Shown here piece after piece: positions 1 through 11,318 of a stretch of 64,000 nucleotides of DNA. A program made the translations under genes and the position numbers. Positions within the stretch are counted from its first letter, which is position 1; each line of letters begins with the position of its first letter. The stretch lies in contig CAZBWN010000078.1 in assembly GCA_964495905.1 (NCBI GenBank), positions 1,566 through 65,565 of the forward strand. The letters run 5' to 3'. The notes under the pieces were generated by a model that was not told the origin of the DNA, ran no database searches, and saw nothing but the letters and a program-made list of their open reading frames with translations. Source of the DNA: an uncultured Candidatus Peribacteria bacterium. Its GTDB lineage: Bacteria > Patescibacteriota > Gracilibacteria > Absconditabacterales > Absconditicoccaceae.

Positions 1-577
1 AGCTATTTTCTTTGTCTTTTCCATAGCTTAAATTGCTATCATAAAATGCATGATCAATGGGTTTTTTCAATAAGAGATAAACGTGAAAACTCGCTCCTGT
101 TCGTAAAATTAGGGTTTTATAATCAATGAGTTTTGTGAATTGCTTGTCAGAAGAAATTATCCTTATAAGTTCTAAAGTCACTTTTCTCGCATCATCAGCG
201 GAGTTGTCCTGTCTATCGATATCTATGAAAATTCTGTCGATGGTGTTTCCGTATTCGTTGTTGCAAGCATAGAAAAAATTGATCAGTTTTCTAGGAACGA
301 AATATTTCCGTAAAAGTATCTGCTTGGAAGTCAGTTGATCTTTGACTTCATCCAGATGATGTGTTGCTCTGAGTTCTAGATATTTTTCGTCTATTTCATC
401 AAAATCATCGATAAAAAGAGGTGGATTTTTGGTCCCTCTTTTGAGCAATACAAAATCTTCTCCGACAATCTTGCTTGCAATCTCTTTTCCTTTAAGAAAT
501 TTCTTGAGGTAGGGAGCTACTTTACCATATCGTCAGAGAACGTCTAAATTTCCATAGGGATGAAGAAAATCTTTCAT
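1..577 (-). CDS. hypothetical protein, N-terminal part only (gene runs off the left edge); possible archaeo-eukaryotic primase / LigD-polymerase-like fold
   Basis: ATG at 577..575, then open to position 1 if TGA=Gly (in-frame TGA at 535..533). The translation MKDFLHPYGNLDVLG... contains DRIFIDIDR and TGASFHVYLLL, reminiscent of AEP/LigD-Pol catalytic motifs. Judged by eye only. Confidence 0.4.
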
Positions 578-670
578 TGGAGGAAAGGTGTTAAGATATA
601 AGATATAAGTAGTAAGTAGTAAGACATAAATTATCATTTTTTATACTTATTACTTGATACTCATTACTTC

Positions 671-898
671 CTACTTTTTTCCTTTCTTTTGAAAAAATGC
701 TAAGTAGATGATAGGTAAGATACCAGCAGTACTGAAGATGAAAAGACAGATAAATCGAACCAATTGTTTTTTAGTCCCTGCTTTCCAAAGTGCGATTCCT
801 TTCCAGATCATGTCTCGTACCATGAGTACCATGAAGAGCATCATTGCTCCTTGAGAGAAAACTGTTGTTGTCTGTGTACTAATTCGTGGATACATCAT
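671..898 (-). CDS. small two-TM membrane protein (resembles the small DUF5652-type proteins common in CPR genomes; tentative)
   Basis: Intact 75-aa ORF in the track with two hydrophobic segments and the motif WKGIALWKAGTKK. Confidence 0.55.
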   Translation of the reverse strand: MMYPRISTQTTTVFSQGAMMLFMVLMVRDMIWKGIALWKAGTKKQLVRFICLFIFSTAGILPIIYLAFFQKKGKK

Positions 899-932
899 TT
901 TTGGTTGATTAAGAGATTAAAATTCTACCTGC

Positions 933-1850
933 TCAAGATTTTTCTATCTTGCCTAATTTCAGTAGTAAGGGTTCAACATCTTCTTCAACTGCCTTTTCAT
1001 TGATGCCGAGTTGTACTGCGATGGCTTTTACTCCCATCGGTCTATCTGCTTTTTCTAATATCTCCAGATATTTTGCGTGAAGGGGAGTCATACCGCCTTC
1101 GTCGATCTGGCTGTGTTTGAGAAACTGCTCTCGAAGTGAATCCGTTAATGTCTTGTCTTGTGATTCTGTAATTACGAAGTCACGGATCTTGATACAGAGA
1201 TTATGTATTTCTCTCGGCACCGCATCCACTTTTTCACTGATTTTTCTGATGATTTCATTACTGGTTCTGATCTCGTATTTATCGAGATATTTTTTGATGA
1301 TGATCTCTTTTTCGCTTTGTGTGTATTCCATAAAATGAAAATGATAGACGAATCTATTTTTGATCGGCTGGCTTAAGGACTCGGATTTTGTTGTTGCTCC
1401 GATAAGTGTGAAAGGATTGATAGGAATCCTTACGTTGCCGCCTTCCGGCATCACCATATCGATTACAAAATCTTCCATCGCGATATACAATACTTCTTCT
1501 ATGTTGGGTTTCAATCTATGGATTTCATCAATGAAGAGGATATCTCAGTTTTCAAGTGTGTTTAATATACTTATGATCTCTGAGGGTTTGGTGATTGCAT
1601 ATCCTGTTACTGCTTTGATATTCACTTGTCCTTGCTTGGAGATGATATGCGCCATCGTTGTTTTTCCAAATCCGCTGGGACCGGAAAAAAGAATGTGACC
1701 CATATGTCACTTCCTTTTTTTTCAACTTTCTATTGCTGTTTTTACAACTCATTTGATATGCTCTTGTCCGATGAATTCATCGAATTTATCCGGTCTTCAT
1801 GTATGATTTATGTTCAATAATTTGTCCGTATTGATTTTCTTTATCTCCAT
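933..1850 (-). CDS. ruvB: Holliday junction branch migration helicase RuvB
   Basis: Track fragment 933..1514 joins in frame to an upstream part through TGA codons. Walker A GPSGFGKTT, LEN(TGA=G)DILFIDEIHRL, N-terminal RPDKFDEFIGQ. ATG at 1850..1848. Length 918 nt, divisible by 3. Confidence 0.95.
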
Positions 1851-1911
1851 TTTCTAATAACAATTAAAAATGAATAATTAAAAATGAATAATGATGGATT
1901 TTTTTTTATTA

Positions 1912-2337
1912 TTATTCACCTTTACTATTATAAAATCTCATAAATCTTGGATAATGAACAATCAACAAAATGAAGAATAATAATGTCCAGATTCCACCAC
2001 TGAGTAAGTCTTCTTTGTACAATGCATTTCTTGCAGCGATCAGTTGCGTTCTCTTGTCTTCTTTACATTTTGTTATCTCTGTCTCAGTCGGAGCTATCAT
2101 ATTATTCTGATTTGCTGGTGTAGGTTTAGATGTGGCATTGTTACACATATCCAATTCATAATATCTCTCTCCTACGATATATTCATCGTTGGTGATGATA
2201 GCTTTTTTACCTATCGCATAGAGTAGATATCACAATGAAACTAATGTCCCAATCACTCCTACAAGCGTAGTGAGAAGAAAATACACTTTAAGTACGCTTC
2301 GTCCATGAGATTTAGTAATTTGTGTTTGTGTTGCCAT
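1912..2337 (-). CDS. hypothetical membrane protein
   Basis: ATG at 2337..2335 (MATQTQITKSHGRSVLKVYFLLTTLVGVIGTLVSL-G-YLLY...) joins track ORF 1912..2154 in frame through one TGA. N- and C-terminal TM segments. Confidence 0.6.
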
Positions 2338-2386
2338 AATAAAATTGATTAAAAGATTAAAAGATTAATAAGATTACAATATTTTG

Positions 2387-4138
2387 TTATTTAGTTTTGG
2401 TGATTTTGTAATATGCGTTGGTATTGGCTATGGAATTGACCGTAAACGTAGAATCATTTATCCTGATCGTTCATTCTATGAGTGAATAATTGCTTATAGT
2501 GAAACTTGCTGCTCCTATCTTCTCTTCTTTATCGAGTGAGAATATGTCACCGTATCGTACGAACATATTTGGTCAGTATTCTTTTATATTGGATTTCACC
2601 AATTTGTATCTTTGTCCAAAGAGTTCTAGATATCCGACATCAAAATTTCTGTTTTGTAAGAGGTTCATATCTACATATACATTGGATTCAGGCATATTAT
2701 TGAGTCCTGTAGTGATAGATCCTGGTACGGTGCTGACTACTTGGTTTTGGATGCTATTGTTGTTGAGATTTTGTAAGATCTGATATTTTACTTTAAATCT
2801 GTAAAGAAATAATGCTACTTCATATCTTGTGATAGCGTTTTCAAACGTCACTGCATCAGCAGGTCAGATCATTCCTATCTCTTGTGCTTTCTCAAAATAG
2901 TTTTTCCATCGAGGTGATGTCGTCTCATCAAGTTTTTTCCCTTCAAATAATCTTATGACAGCTGCGATGAATTGTGATTTATTGATTGTTCCCTTAGGAT
3001 TGAAATAACCATTTGATCATTGCATGATACCCAGAGTACATGCTTCTTGTACATATGCTGTCAATGATGTGTCAGCATCAGCGATATCTTTGAACGTACA
3101 GTCACTTGATACAAAACCGCCTGTAGCTTGTCCAAAATTGTAGATGTTGGCAAATAAGCTTACTATTTTTGCTGCTTGTTCCCTATTGAGTATTTCAAAT
3201 GGTTTGTAATCTGGGATAGTCTTGAAATTAGTCAGTCCATTGTCGTTCATCCATCTGATCGCTTCGAGAAGTTCAGGATCATTATTTATGCTGAGAGAAT
3301 CTGCCAATGTTCCGAAGTTGTCTAACATTCAGCTATTGAAGCTTTGTCCTGTAGTTCCGAGTTCGTTTAATTTGTTGAGCATCATAAGTTTTATAGTCGC
3401 GTTACTTATGATATTCTTAAATCTATAGATGTAGATAGCAATTTCTCTTCTTGTGATTTCTGTATCAAATGCAGTCTGATTGTTGAGTGTAGTCAATCCA
3501 AGCGCTTGTCCTTTGATATAATAATCTCCCCATCGCGGTGTTCTTGTTTCATTGGATACTTTTCCTTCAAATATTCTTGTCAACAATGCCATCGCTTGCG
3601 GTCTGGTGAGTTTTTGCGCAGGGAGAAATTTATTGTCGGTCGTCCCTTTGAATATTCCCCATTTACAGGTGTTTATCACAAATCCTGAAAGGCTTGGGTC
3701 TCCTTGATTAGCATCTGTAAATGTACAATTAGTATTTTTGGTGTCTTGACTGTATCCAAGAGTGATAAATGCTTGACCGATGATCTTTGCTGCTTCTTCT
3801 CTTGTAAGTCCGTCATCCGCTCTAAATTCTGTTTCATCGCTATATTTCGTCAATCCGTTTGCATACATCCATGCGAGTGCTTGCTGGAATTCACTTCAAG
3901 TCAAAAGTCATCAGGTCTGTAAAGCCGAAAGTCATCAACTTCAATCATTCTGACCTGTACTTATTGTCCCTGTATTTGTTGCTCAAGTAGTTATTGATCA
4001 TGTATTCATAACGATAGTTATCTTTTTTGTTATCGGATCTATAACGATCTGAAAGTTTCCTGTCGTGTCTGCCTTGGTAGGGAAACTAAGAAGAAGAGCC
4101 GTCACTGCGAAGAAAATTCAGAGTAATTTTTTGTTCAT
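2387..4138 (-). CDS. secreted protein with repeated S-layer-homology (SLH)-like domains
   Basis: ATG at 4138..4136, signal peptide MNKKLLGIFFAVTALLLSF. Track fragments 3329..3868, 3017..3328 and 2573..2851 are all in one frame, joined by TGA. Repeats of the form CTF.D......L..yV..ac..GI..G....F.P...lTR.qa. Stop TAA at 2389..2387. Confidence 0.7.
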
Positions 4139-4452
4139 GATATTAAACAATGGATAAAATTCGTTGCACTCATGATAAATGTCCGCTATGGCGGACGATA
4201 AACACTCGCTTTTAGCTCGCGATAAATTTTATTACTATTTTTTTAAACGTTTTATCATTTTATCAATTTATCGTTTAATCGTTTAGCGAAGCTAAAAATA
4301 TATAACTAAATATATGAAGCTTTCAACATAAATTTAGATACAAGATGCAAGATACAAGACATAAGATACAAAATCAGAAAATAGCTTGAAAATTACTAGC
4401 AAAACAATAATGTTTCAAACAACGTTTTTACCTTTTTGCTATTATCATAAAA

Positions 4453-4956
4453 ATGACTCACGTACAAAGAACTTTAGTAGTGTTGAAGCCTGATACTGTA
4501 GGTCGTAGTGTTGTTGGAGAGATCATCTCCCGTTTTGAAAGAGCAGGACTTCATATCGTCGGTATGAAAATGGTCCGCCCAGATAGAGAATTCTTACATC
4601 ATCATTATGAGACTATTGGAAAGGTATTATCAAGACACGGACAAAAAATATTCGATATCACCATAAAAATGATGAATACATGACCTATGGTTGCTATCGT
4701 ACTTGAATGAGTGGAAGTAGTAGATTATGTCCGCAAAATAGTTGGTAGTACAGAGCCAAAATCTGCTGCTCCTGGTACTATCAGAGGTGATTATGCTCAT
4801 ATGTCTTATGGATATGCAGATAAGGTTGAAATAGGTATTCCAAATCTTGTACATGCATCAGGAAATGCTGAAGAAGCTGAAGTAGAAATCAAACATCGAT
4901 TCACTGCACAGGAATTATTTGATTATGATCCTTTGCATAAAATATTCACACGCTAA
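4453..4956 (+). CDS. ndk: nucleoside diphosphate kinase
   Basis: RTLVVLKPD, then MNT(TGA=G)PMVAIVLE(TGA=G)VEVV..GSTEP. Two track fragments (4453.., 4711..) are in the same frame. Confidence 0.95.
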
Positions 4957-5087
4957 ACTTAATTTAAAATTTAGAATTCAGAATTCAGAAATAAATAAAA
5001 ATTTAGAAATAAATAAGAATTTAGAATTTAGTCCCGCAAGGCGGGATAGAAACAATAAAAATCTTTTAATTTATTAAGTTATTATAA

Positions 5088-5336
5088 ATGAAAACTTGAA
5101 TACATGGAAATTATTTTAAAGACGTAGAAGTGAATTGCATCTGTGGTGCAAAATTTACTGTCAACGCAACTATCCCTGGTCCTATGAAAGTGGAAACATG
5201 TTACCAATGTCATCCCGCATTCAACAAAGATAAGGTAGTCAAGAAGGTCATCAAAGGAAGAATGGAGAAATTCTTGGAAAAACAGAAAAAAATGGATACT
5301 ATCAAACCTGCTAAACCCGCTAAAAAAGCTAAATAG
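5088..5336 (+). CDS. rpmE: 50S ribosomal protein L31
   Basis: MKT(TGA=G)IHGNYF...C.CG...CYQCHPAFNKDK...KGRMEKF, extending track ORF 5130..5336 upstream through one TGA. Confidence 0.9.
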
Positions 5337-5372
5337 TTTCGGTACGTTTTACACGCTTATGTTTTTTCTACC

Positions 5373-5993
5373 ATGAGAAAACAGATTATGAAAAAGTATG
5401 TGCACGTAGAAGATATTTTCCATGTCATCTGACATAATGCGAGTGTTTTCATCTTGTTGACGATGAGGACACTCCTTTTTTTGTTAGTCTTGTATGTGCT
5501 TTTCGTCGTATTGGATAAATATATCATCTGGAATTATATTCCTTGGATCTTTGGACTCCTTGGGATAGGTTTTTTCATAAAATACATCATTGATTTTCTC
5601 AATATCTATTTAGACTGACTGATTCTTTCCAAGGACGGTATTACCATGTTCATGCGGGAATGACTCTTTGAATACAAGACTGATTTCTTCGAATGGAACA
5701 AAATAGAGACGGTATCTCACAATCAAAACAGTTTTTGGGACAAGCTCTTTTCCAAAGGCGATCTGATTATCAAGTTAGAGCATGGAGTAGAATATCCGTT
5801 TGAAAACATCAATTCTCCTCAGAAACAGGCTGATAAGATATTAAAGCTTAAAAATCAAGCTGCTATCATCATCCCGGAAGAAAATCCTAATGGTATCAAT
5901 GACGATAAGATGGCTATTATCGCTGAGGCTTTGAGTGAGGTGGTGAAGGAATATATGGATAAGAAAGGTTCTGTAGGAGAGGAAGAATATTAA
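5373..5993 (+). CDS. membrane protein with C-terminal bacterial-PH-like domain (paralog of 16459..17037)
   Basis: ATG 5373, 621 nt. Two TM helices, then ...SKDGITMFMREGLFEYKTDFFEWNKIETVSHNQNSFWDKLFSKGDLIIKLEHG..., the same architecture and motifs as the 16459 gene. Confidence 0.6.
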
Positions 5994-6061
5994 AAAATTA
6001 AAAAATTAATAAGATTAAAAGATTGTCATCTCGGGGTGTTGGGGTGATTTTTTTTGTTTGT

Positions 6062-6105
6062 CATTGCGATCCGCCTAGGCGGAGAAGCAATCTAATTTTT
6101 TCTTT
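6062..6105 (+). terminator. hairpin containing the CCGCCTAGGCGG palindrome, followed by a T-rich run
   Basis: ATTGC-gat-CCGCCTAGGCGG-agaa-GCAAT then ctaattttttcttttt, downstream of the 5373..5993 gene. Confidence 0.5.
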
Positions 6106-6349
6106 TTAAAAATATACATTTTTTTTTGCTTCGCAGACTGACTTTTGGCATCGACCCAAAAGTCAGCAAAAGGTCTAGTTCTTTGCAAGACTCGCTACAT
6201 CGTTTAGTTCGTTTTTTAAGAATGTTTCCAGCTCAAACAATTTGCAAAGAACCAAAGAGCATTGACCGCTTCTTCATTTACGATTCCCTTTCATTTTTTA
6301 AATTATCGATATGTAGAAGAATTCCTACTACATTTTTTATTTTTATGTG

Positions 6350-6377
6350 TTGACTTACTTGTAATAATATATAATAT
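6350..6377 (+). promoter_or_regulatory. putative sigma70-like promoter
   Basis: TTGACT (6350..6355), 16-nt spacer, TAATAT (6372..6377), about 30 nt upstream of ATG 6406. Confidence 0.35.
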
Positions 6378-6405
6378 ATGTGTTATAAACAAAACTTGTA
6401 TAAAA

Positions 6406-6708
6406 ATGAAAACAATTAAAACAATTATTGCAAAACTTGATGAATATTCAAAAAAAGGTATCTGTACCCATTGTATATGTACCTGGAAATTCACACAAGG
6501 CAATTATTTTGAAAAAGATGATACTTCTGCTAAAATGCTTGAAAAATTTAAAAGTTTCAAACAATTAACAATAACAACAGTAGGTGAGGATCGTCTTTAT
6601 ATCGAAATGAATGGTCTCGGTAAACCTTTCGACTTTAATGAAAGTGATAAAAAGGATAATGAAAATTATGAAGTTATAATCGCCCTCATTTCCGAATTTA
6701 TTCAATAA
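6406..6708 (+). CDS. hypothetical protein (100 aa)
   Basis: ATG inside track ORF 6262..6708 (MKTIKTIIAKLDEYSKKG...), preceded by the promoter-like motif. No TGA codons. No recognisable family. Confidence 0.5.
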   Translation: MKTIKTIIAKLDEYSKKGICTHCICTWKFTQGNYFEKDDTSAKMLEKFKSFKQLTITTVGEDRLYIEMNGLGKPFDFNESDKKDNENYEVIIALISEFIQ

Positions 6709-6785
6709 TCATTGATTTTTTAAAATATTTGATGGTATAGTATTCTGTACCATTTTTTTTAAATCAATATTTATCCTTAATGAAG

Positions 6786-8033
6786 TTAAAGTAACTTCAA
6801 CTCTTTTAAAACTTTTTCATACTTAGGATAATCGTTACCAAATTTTTGCTGCATATAGGTCTGCAGGATGTTTTTTCGATCAGAGAAACCGCTGAGATCG
6901 TCTGAGGAGACTTTGAAGCTCTTGAGCAGGTTATCTACGTTTTCTATGTCTTTCTTGAGTCTGATATCTTTACATGATTTGCGGAGTTCTGGGTCTATCA
7001 TTTCGTCTATCTTGTCGTAATCGATATGCTCTACGTTGAGGGTCAGTGAAATATTTGTGAGGTTGGGTTTGAAATCTTCTTTGAAGGTGATGTCTCGTGC
7101 AGGGGAGCTGAAATAGTTTTTGTTCGCTTCGTTGATCGCTTGCAACTCTGTGAGGAGCGCTGTCTCTGTGAGCGCTTCTTGGCTTCTGATAGTCACTTGC
7201 GGGTTGATCATCAGCGGGATGGCGGTGATTTTTTTGTTCGCTGTAGTGTACTGGTAGACGTATTTATTTTGATTGGTCTCCAGCGAACTGGTAGATCGTA
7301 CGCTTCCCAGACAGAGATAATTGTTGTGGGTGAAAGGTTGATGTAAGTGTCCAGAAATAAGTTTGATGCTTGGTATCTCTAGAAATAATTCGTTGAGTGC
7401 GATGTCTTTGTAATTGAATTTTGATTTCTGTCCTGGAAAAGCTGTTCCGTTGATGTAGTAGTGGTGAAAAATCGTGAGATTCGGATTCTTGTCTATCTGT
7501 TCAGCGAGAAATTTATTGATATATCATGAGAATTGTTCGTGTTTATGGGTCGCTTTCTCTAGTAAGGTACTGAAATCGCTGATAGCTTTGAGTCTTTCGT
7601 TTTTTGGAGTATAATTATTTATTTCATGTTCTTCCGACAAGAAAAATGGCATGAATAAAATCTCTTCGCCTTCTATGGTTTCTAGTAATGGCTTGGTAAC
7701 GAATTTTATTTTCCCTCATTCTTTATTCTGCATTATAAATTCCGAATTCTGAATTATATTAAACGCTCTTTGCGCTTCTTCAAACACGAATGAACTGCCC
7801 AATCGATCATGGTTACCTGCGACGATATATACGTTTTTTCCTTGTTCAAAAAGTTCTAGAAAAAGGTTATAGAGGTGAAGCAATGCATTTCTATCGTAGG
7901 CGAAATGGTAGACGTAGTCTCCAAAAAACACGATAGTCTTTTCGTCCGGATATGCAGAAAAAATAGTCCTGAGCTCTCCCAGGATCTTTTCTTGGTAACG
8001 GGTGTTGATATGGATGTCTCAAATTAATAACAT
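6786..8033 (-). CDS. calcineurin-like metallophosphoesterase, SbcD/Mre11-like nuclease subunit
   Basis: MLLI(TGA=G)DIHIN..., GDYVYH, GNHDRLG, SGHLH. Track fragments 7716..7931 and 6786..7211 are in frame with ATG 8033..8031. 1248 nt. Confidence 0.75.
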
Positions 8034-8137
8034 TAATTTGGGTGGCAGGTAGCAGGTAAAAGGTAGCAGGTTGTCTTTATGTCCTATATAATAGTAATTT
8101 GATTTGAAAAAAAAAGCCGGAAATGTATATTCATGCT

Positions 8138-8704
8138 ATGAGAAAGCGTATATGGCTATTTTTGATTGTTGCTTGTATACTTACGCTTATAGGTATACGG
8201 TTTTTTGGTTCTTGATGAAAGCTTTTGACTCCGTCACTTTTATTCTCTCAAGATACTCAAATGAAAATCACTTCTGACTTTATCGACAATGGGCTTCTTC
8301 CTCCTGTGTATACCTGCGATGGGGACGGTCGTTTTCCTACCTTAAAAGTAAAAGATATCCCTGCGGGTGTCAAAACCTTGGCGCTTGTTGTTGATGATCC
8401 TGATGCACCATCCGGCGTGCGAGATCATTTGTTGCTTGCGAATATCCCATTGACGGAAGATCCGTATGTCGTCATTTCACAGGACAGTTTTAATCTCTGA
8501 GTCCTCGGTCAAAATGGTTGGTGAGAACAAGCATGGTGAGCTCCTTGTCCTCCAAGCGGTACGCATAGATATATTTTCAAATTATACGCATTATCACAGA
8601 AACTAGAAATCTCTTCAGGTTTTTCTAAAGAAAGATTGATAGAATTGATGTGAGGAAAGATAGTCGGGCAAACTCAGATTGTAAGTTTATATAAGAGGCA
8701 ATAA
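8138..8704 (+). CDS. YbhB/YbcL-family phosphatidylethanolamine-binding (PEBP) protein with signal/TM anchor
   Basis: TCDGDG...DDPDAPSGV(CGA)DH...NL-G-VLGQNGW-G-EQAW-G-APCPPSGTHRYIFKLYAL with TGA=G. 567 nt in frame with track ORF 8225..8500. Confidence 0.9.
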
Positions 8705-8741
8705 AATATTTTTCATAAAAAAAATAACCCTGAAAACAGGG

Positions 8742-9362
8742 TTAAGTAGGGATACTTTTTAAATATGTGATAACTTCATCGCTTAGACGTTTGAGTTTTG
8801 CTTTGAATGCGGTACTATTGTCAATAACTCGTATGTGACGATGAGGTTTCCATGCTTTTTTTGTTTTTTCATCTACGATTTGTGCTTTTGGAAGATCTTC
8901 ACTTCGTATTTTGTTGGTTTTTGACCCATAAGAAGCTTCTGCTCCAATAGCTGCACTTACAAGATGAAATATTGCATCATATCTTTTTCTGATAGATGTA
9001 ATAGTTAGCTTGTGCTTTTTGAGGATATCTATGAAATCCTTTCGAGAGAGATATGCCATTCCATCCATGATAGCACGATCATGTATGATCAGTATTTTTG
9101 GATACTTATGCTGTTTGGCAATATTGTAAATCATATCCTCTTTGTGTATTTGATCAAGAACGATTTGTTCTTGAAATGTTTTGACACAGATTCCTTTATC
9201 AGAAATTTCAAAACCTGCATTTAAGAGATCTGTTGCTGTTTCTCTACAGATGAATACTTTCCATCCTAATTTTTTTGCTTTTCTTTTTATAGGGTTTACT
9301 CCTAATGTTTTTCCTCCACCGGGACCTCCTGTGAATACAATTCTTTTGATGATCTGTTTCAT
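8742..9362 (-). CDS. P-loop ATPase (AAA_28/NadR-like ATPase family, tentative)
   Basis: Intact track ORF with Walker A FTGGPGGGKT. No in-frame TGA among about 12 Gly codons (hand count). Confidence 0.65.
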   Translation of the reverse strand: MKQIIKRIVFTGGPGGGKTLGVNPIKRKAKKLGWKVFICRETATDLLNAGFEISDKGICVKTFQEQIVLDQIHKEDMIYNIAKQHKYPKILIIHDRAIMDGMAYLSRKDFIDILKKHKLTITSIRKRYDAIFHLVSAAIGAEASYGSKTNKIRSEDLPKAQIVDEKTKKAWKPHRHIRVIDNSTAFKAKLKRLSDEVITYLKSIPT

Positions 9363-9478
9363 ATATTTTTTTTATTTGTTTGTTTTATATTTGGATTTTT
9401 TTTTGTGTATGATAGAGATATATCTAAAAAAGTCAAGAAATGTGTTTCTTGGATTTTTTTTTGATTTTTTTGGCTAAT

Positions 9479-9727
9479 TTATAATACCCAATAATTCACT
9501 ATGCCTCATATTAGGATAAGTGTTATAATTACTGTGTTGATGAACATTCCTATCTGACCTGCTTGTTTGTATCCTTTCCAAGATGAATATAGCCAAAAAG
9601 GTTGTGCTAACAAATTGAGGATTACTCATCGTTGCGGTAATTTCAAAGAAATCGCTGCAAAGCTTATTATCGTAAAAAATGGTAACGCAAATTGTGTTAT
9701 CGTATTTCGCATATTTTTCTGCTTCAT
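9479..9727 (-). CDS. hypothetical small membrane protein (82 aa)
   Basis: ATG 9727..9725, two in-frame TGA. MKQKNMRNTITQFALPFFTIISFAAISLKLPQR-G-VILNLLAQPFWLY...LILI-G-GIVNYWVL. Three hydrophobic segments. 249 nt. Confidence 0.35.
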
Positions 9728-9751
9728 TATATATCGCTGGATAAAATTCTT

Positions 9752-11149
9752 TTATTTCCCAAAAAACTTTCTTAACTTATAATCTATATCACCTGCACTG
9801 TAGATGACGATAACCGTGTCTTTTTCTGTCTGCTGGATAGTTTTGGTGATGACTGAAAAGTCTGTAGTGTATTTTCCTCCGCATGTACTAGCGAATTGAT
9901 TTCCTAGATCTTCAAGTGTCTTGATTTTCAAGTCTTTGATGAATGCGTGATTGTCGATGAAGTCTTTGATGTTCTCTCTTGCTGCGTAGATGTCATAAAT
10001 CATTATTTTATCGTATTTGTTTAATGTCTTTTCAAAATCTTTTCGTCCCGTGACAATCCTATTGATCTGATGCGGTTGAAAGATGACGAATAATTTTTTT
10101 CCGGGAAATTTGTGTTTGAGCGCCATATACCCGAACTCGATAGAGGAGGCCATATGCCCATAATCCGTAAATATCTTTGCTCCGTTTTCGTTGTTTGCCA
10201 GATATTCCAATCTTCTTCGCAATCCTCCAAAGGTCTTCATCGTGCTGAGTATTTTTGTCTTGGGTTCTTTGGTCAATCTTGTCATAAGCTCAAGGATGAG
10301 CGAACCATTTACGTCGTTATGTTTTCCTCGGATGTGGTTGAATGGGATCTCTTTGATAGGAACCTCCTTAATCATTCATGGAACGATGGAACGATGGAAA
10401 TATGGAACGATAGTTGTCAATCATTTGGGGATGAATACCTTATTTCTGACTTTGGAGATAAGTGTCTGAAATGCAGAAAGATAATCTTTCATATCTTTGT
10501 AATAGTCTGTATGATCCAGTTCTAAACTCGTAATTATCGCATAATCCAATTCTAGGTAGAGGAAGTGTCTTCTATATTCGCAGGCTTCTACGAAGAAGAG
10601 ATATTTTTTTACATTGCTATAATCGAGGTCTTTACCCGTAAATATATAATTGAAGATATTCTTGATTGCCGGTGCAGCTTTTTTGTTGACCACATAGCTT
10701 TGGGTGTTAAACCCTGGTACGAGTGCTCACAAGATCCCTAATCCAAATTCCGGCAATATCTTTTTTGCAGTATGGATAGCGAGTGCTGTAGATGAACTTT
10801 TGCCGTTGGTACCGGTAAATCCTATGCTCGTAAAATATTTGGATATCTCTCACAGAAACTGAAAATAATTTAGGATCACCATCACCCTTTTGCATGTTTT
10901 CATGACTTTTCTGGCTTCGATGACTTCCTCGCATTCTGCGACTGCTTCAGAGTAGATGACCACATCTCAAAATTCTATCTTGAATTTTCCGTGTCCTATG
11001 ATGACTTTGAGCCCTTTTGCTTTCAATTTGTCTGTAAGCTCGCTTTGTGTAGCGTCTATGCAGACAATGTTGGTATATCACAAATCATGGAGTATTCATG
11101 CTACTCATGACATTCCTGTTCATCACGCTCATACCAAGACTATTCTCAT
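9752..11149 (-). CDS. murC: UDP-N-acetylmuramate--L-alanine ligase
   Basis: N-terminus MRIVLV-G-A-G-G-TGMS-G-VA-G-IL (four TGA at the GxGGxGMSG motif), GFTGTNGKSS, EACEY..., C-terminal Mur ligase domain in track ORF 9752..10375. 1398 nt, all fragments in frame. Confidence 0.92.
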
Positions 11150-11318
11150 GTATGTATATTAGGTTTTAAATCTGTTTGTTATTGAAATATCGTAACGAAG
11201 CTGGGAAGGAAAACAAGAAAAAATAAAAAAGTGAATTTTTGGTTGAAAAAAAAGTTGAAAAATATACAAAAGCTTGTTCTATTCAAACATTTTTTTTAGC
11301 TTGTAAAAATTTTTTATT

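Noticed and set aside
4957-5030. GAATTC-containing repeated words considered as terminal inverted repeats of an IS or MITE.
   Set aside because: There is no transposase, no target-site duplication and no paired ends. The words are short direct repeats typical of the AT-rich intergenic regions here.
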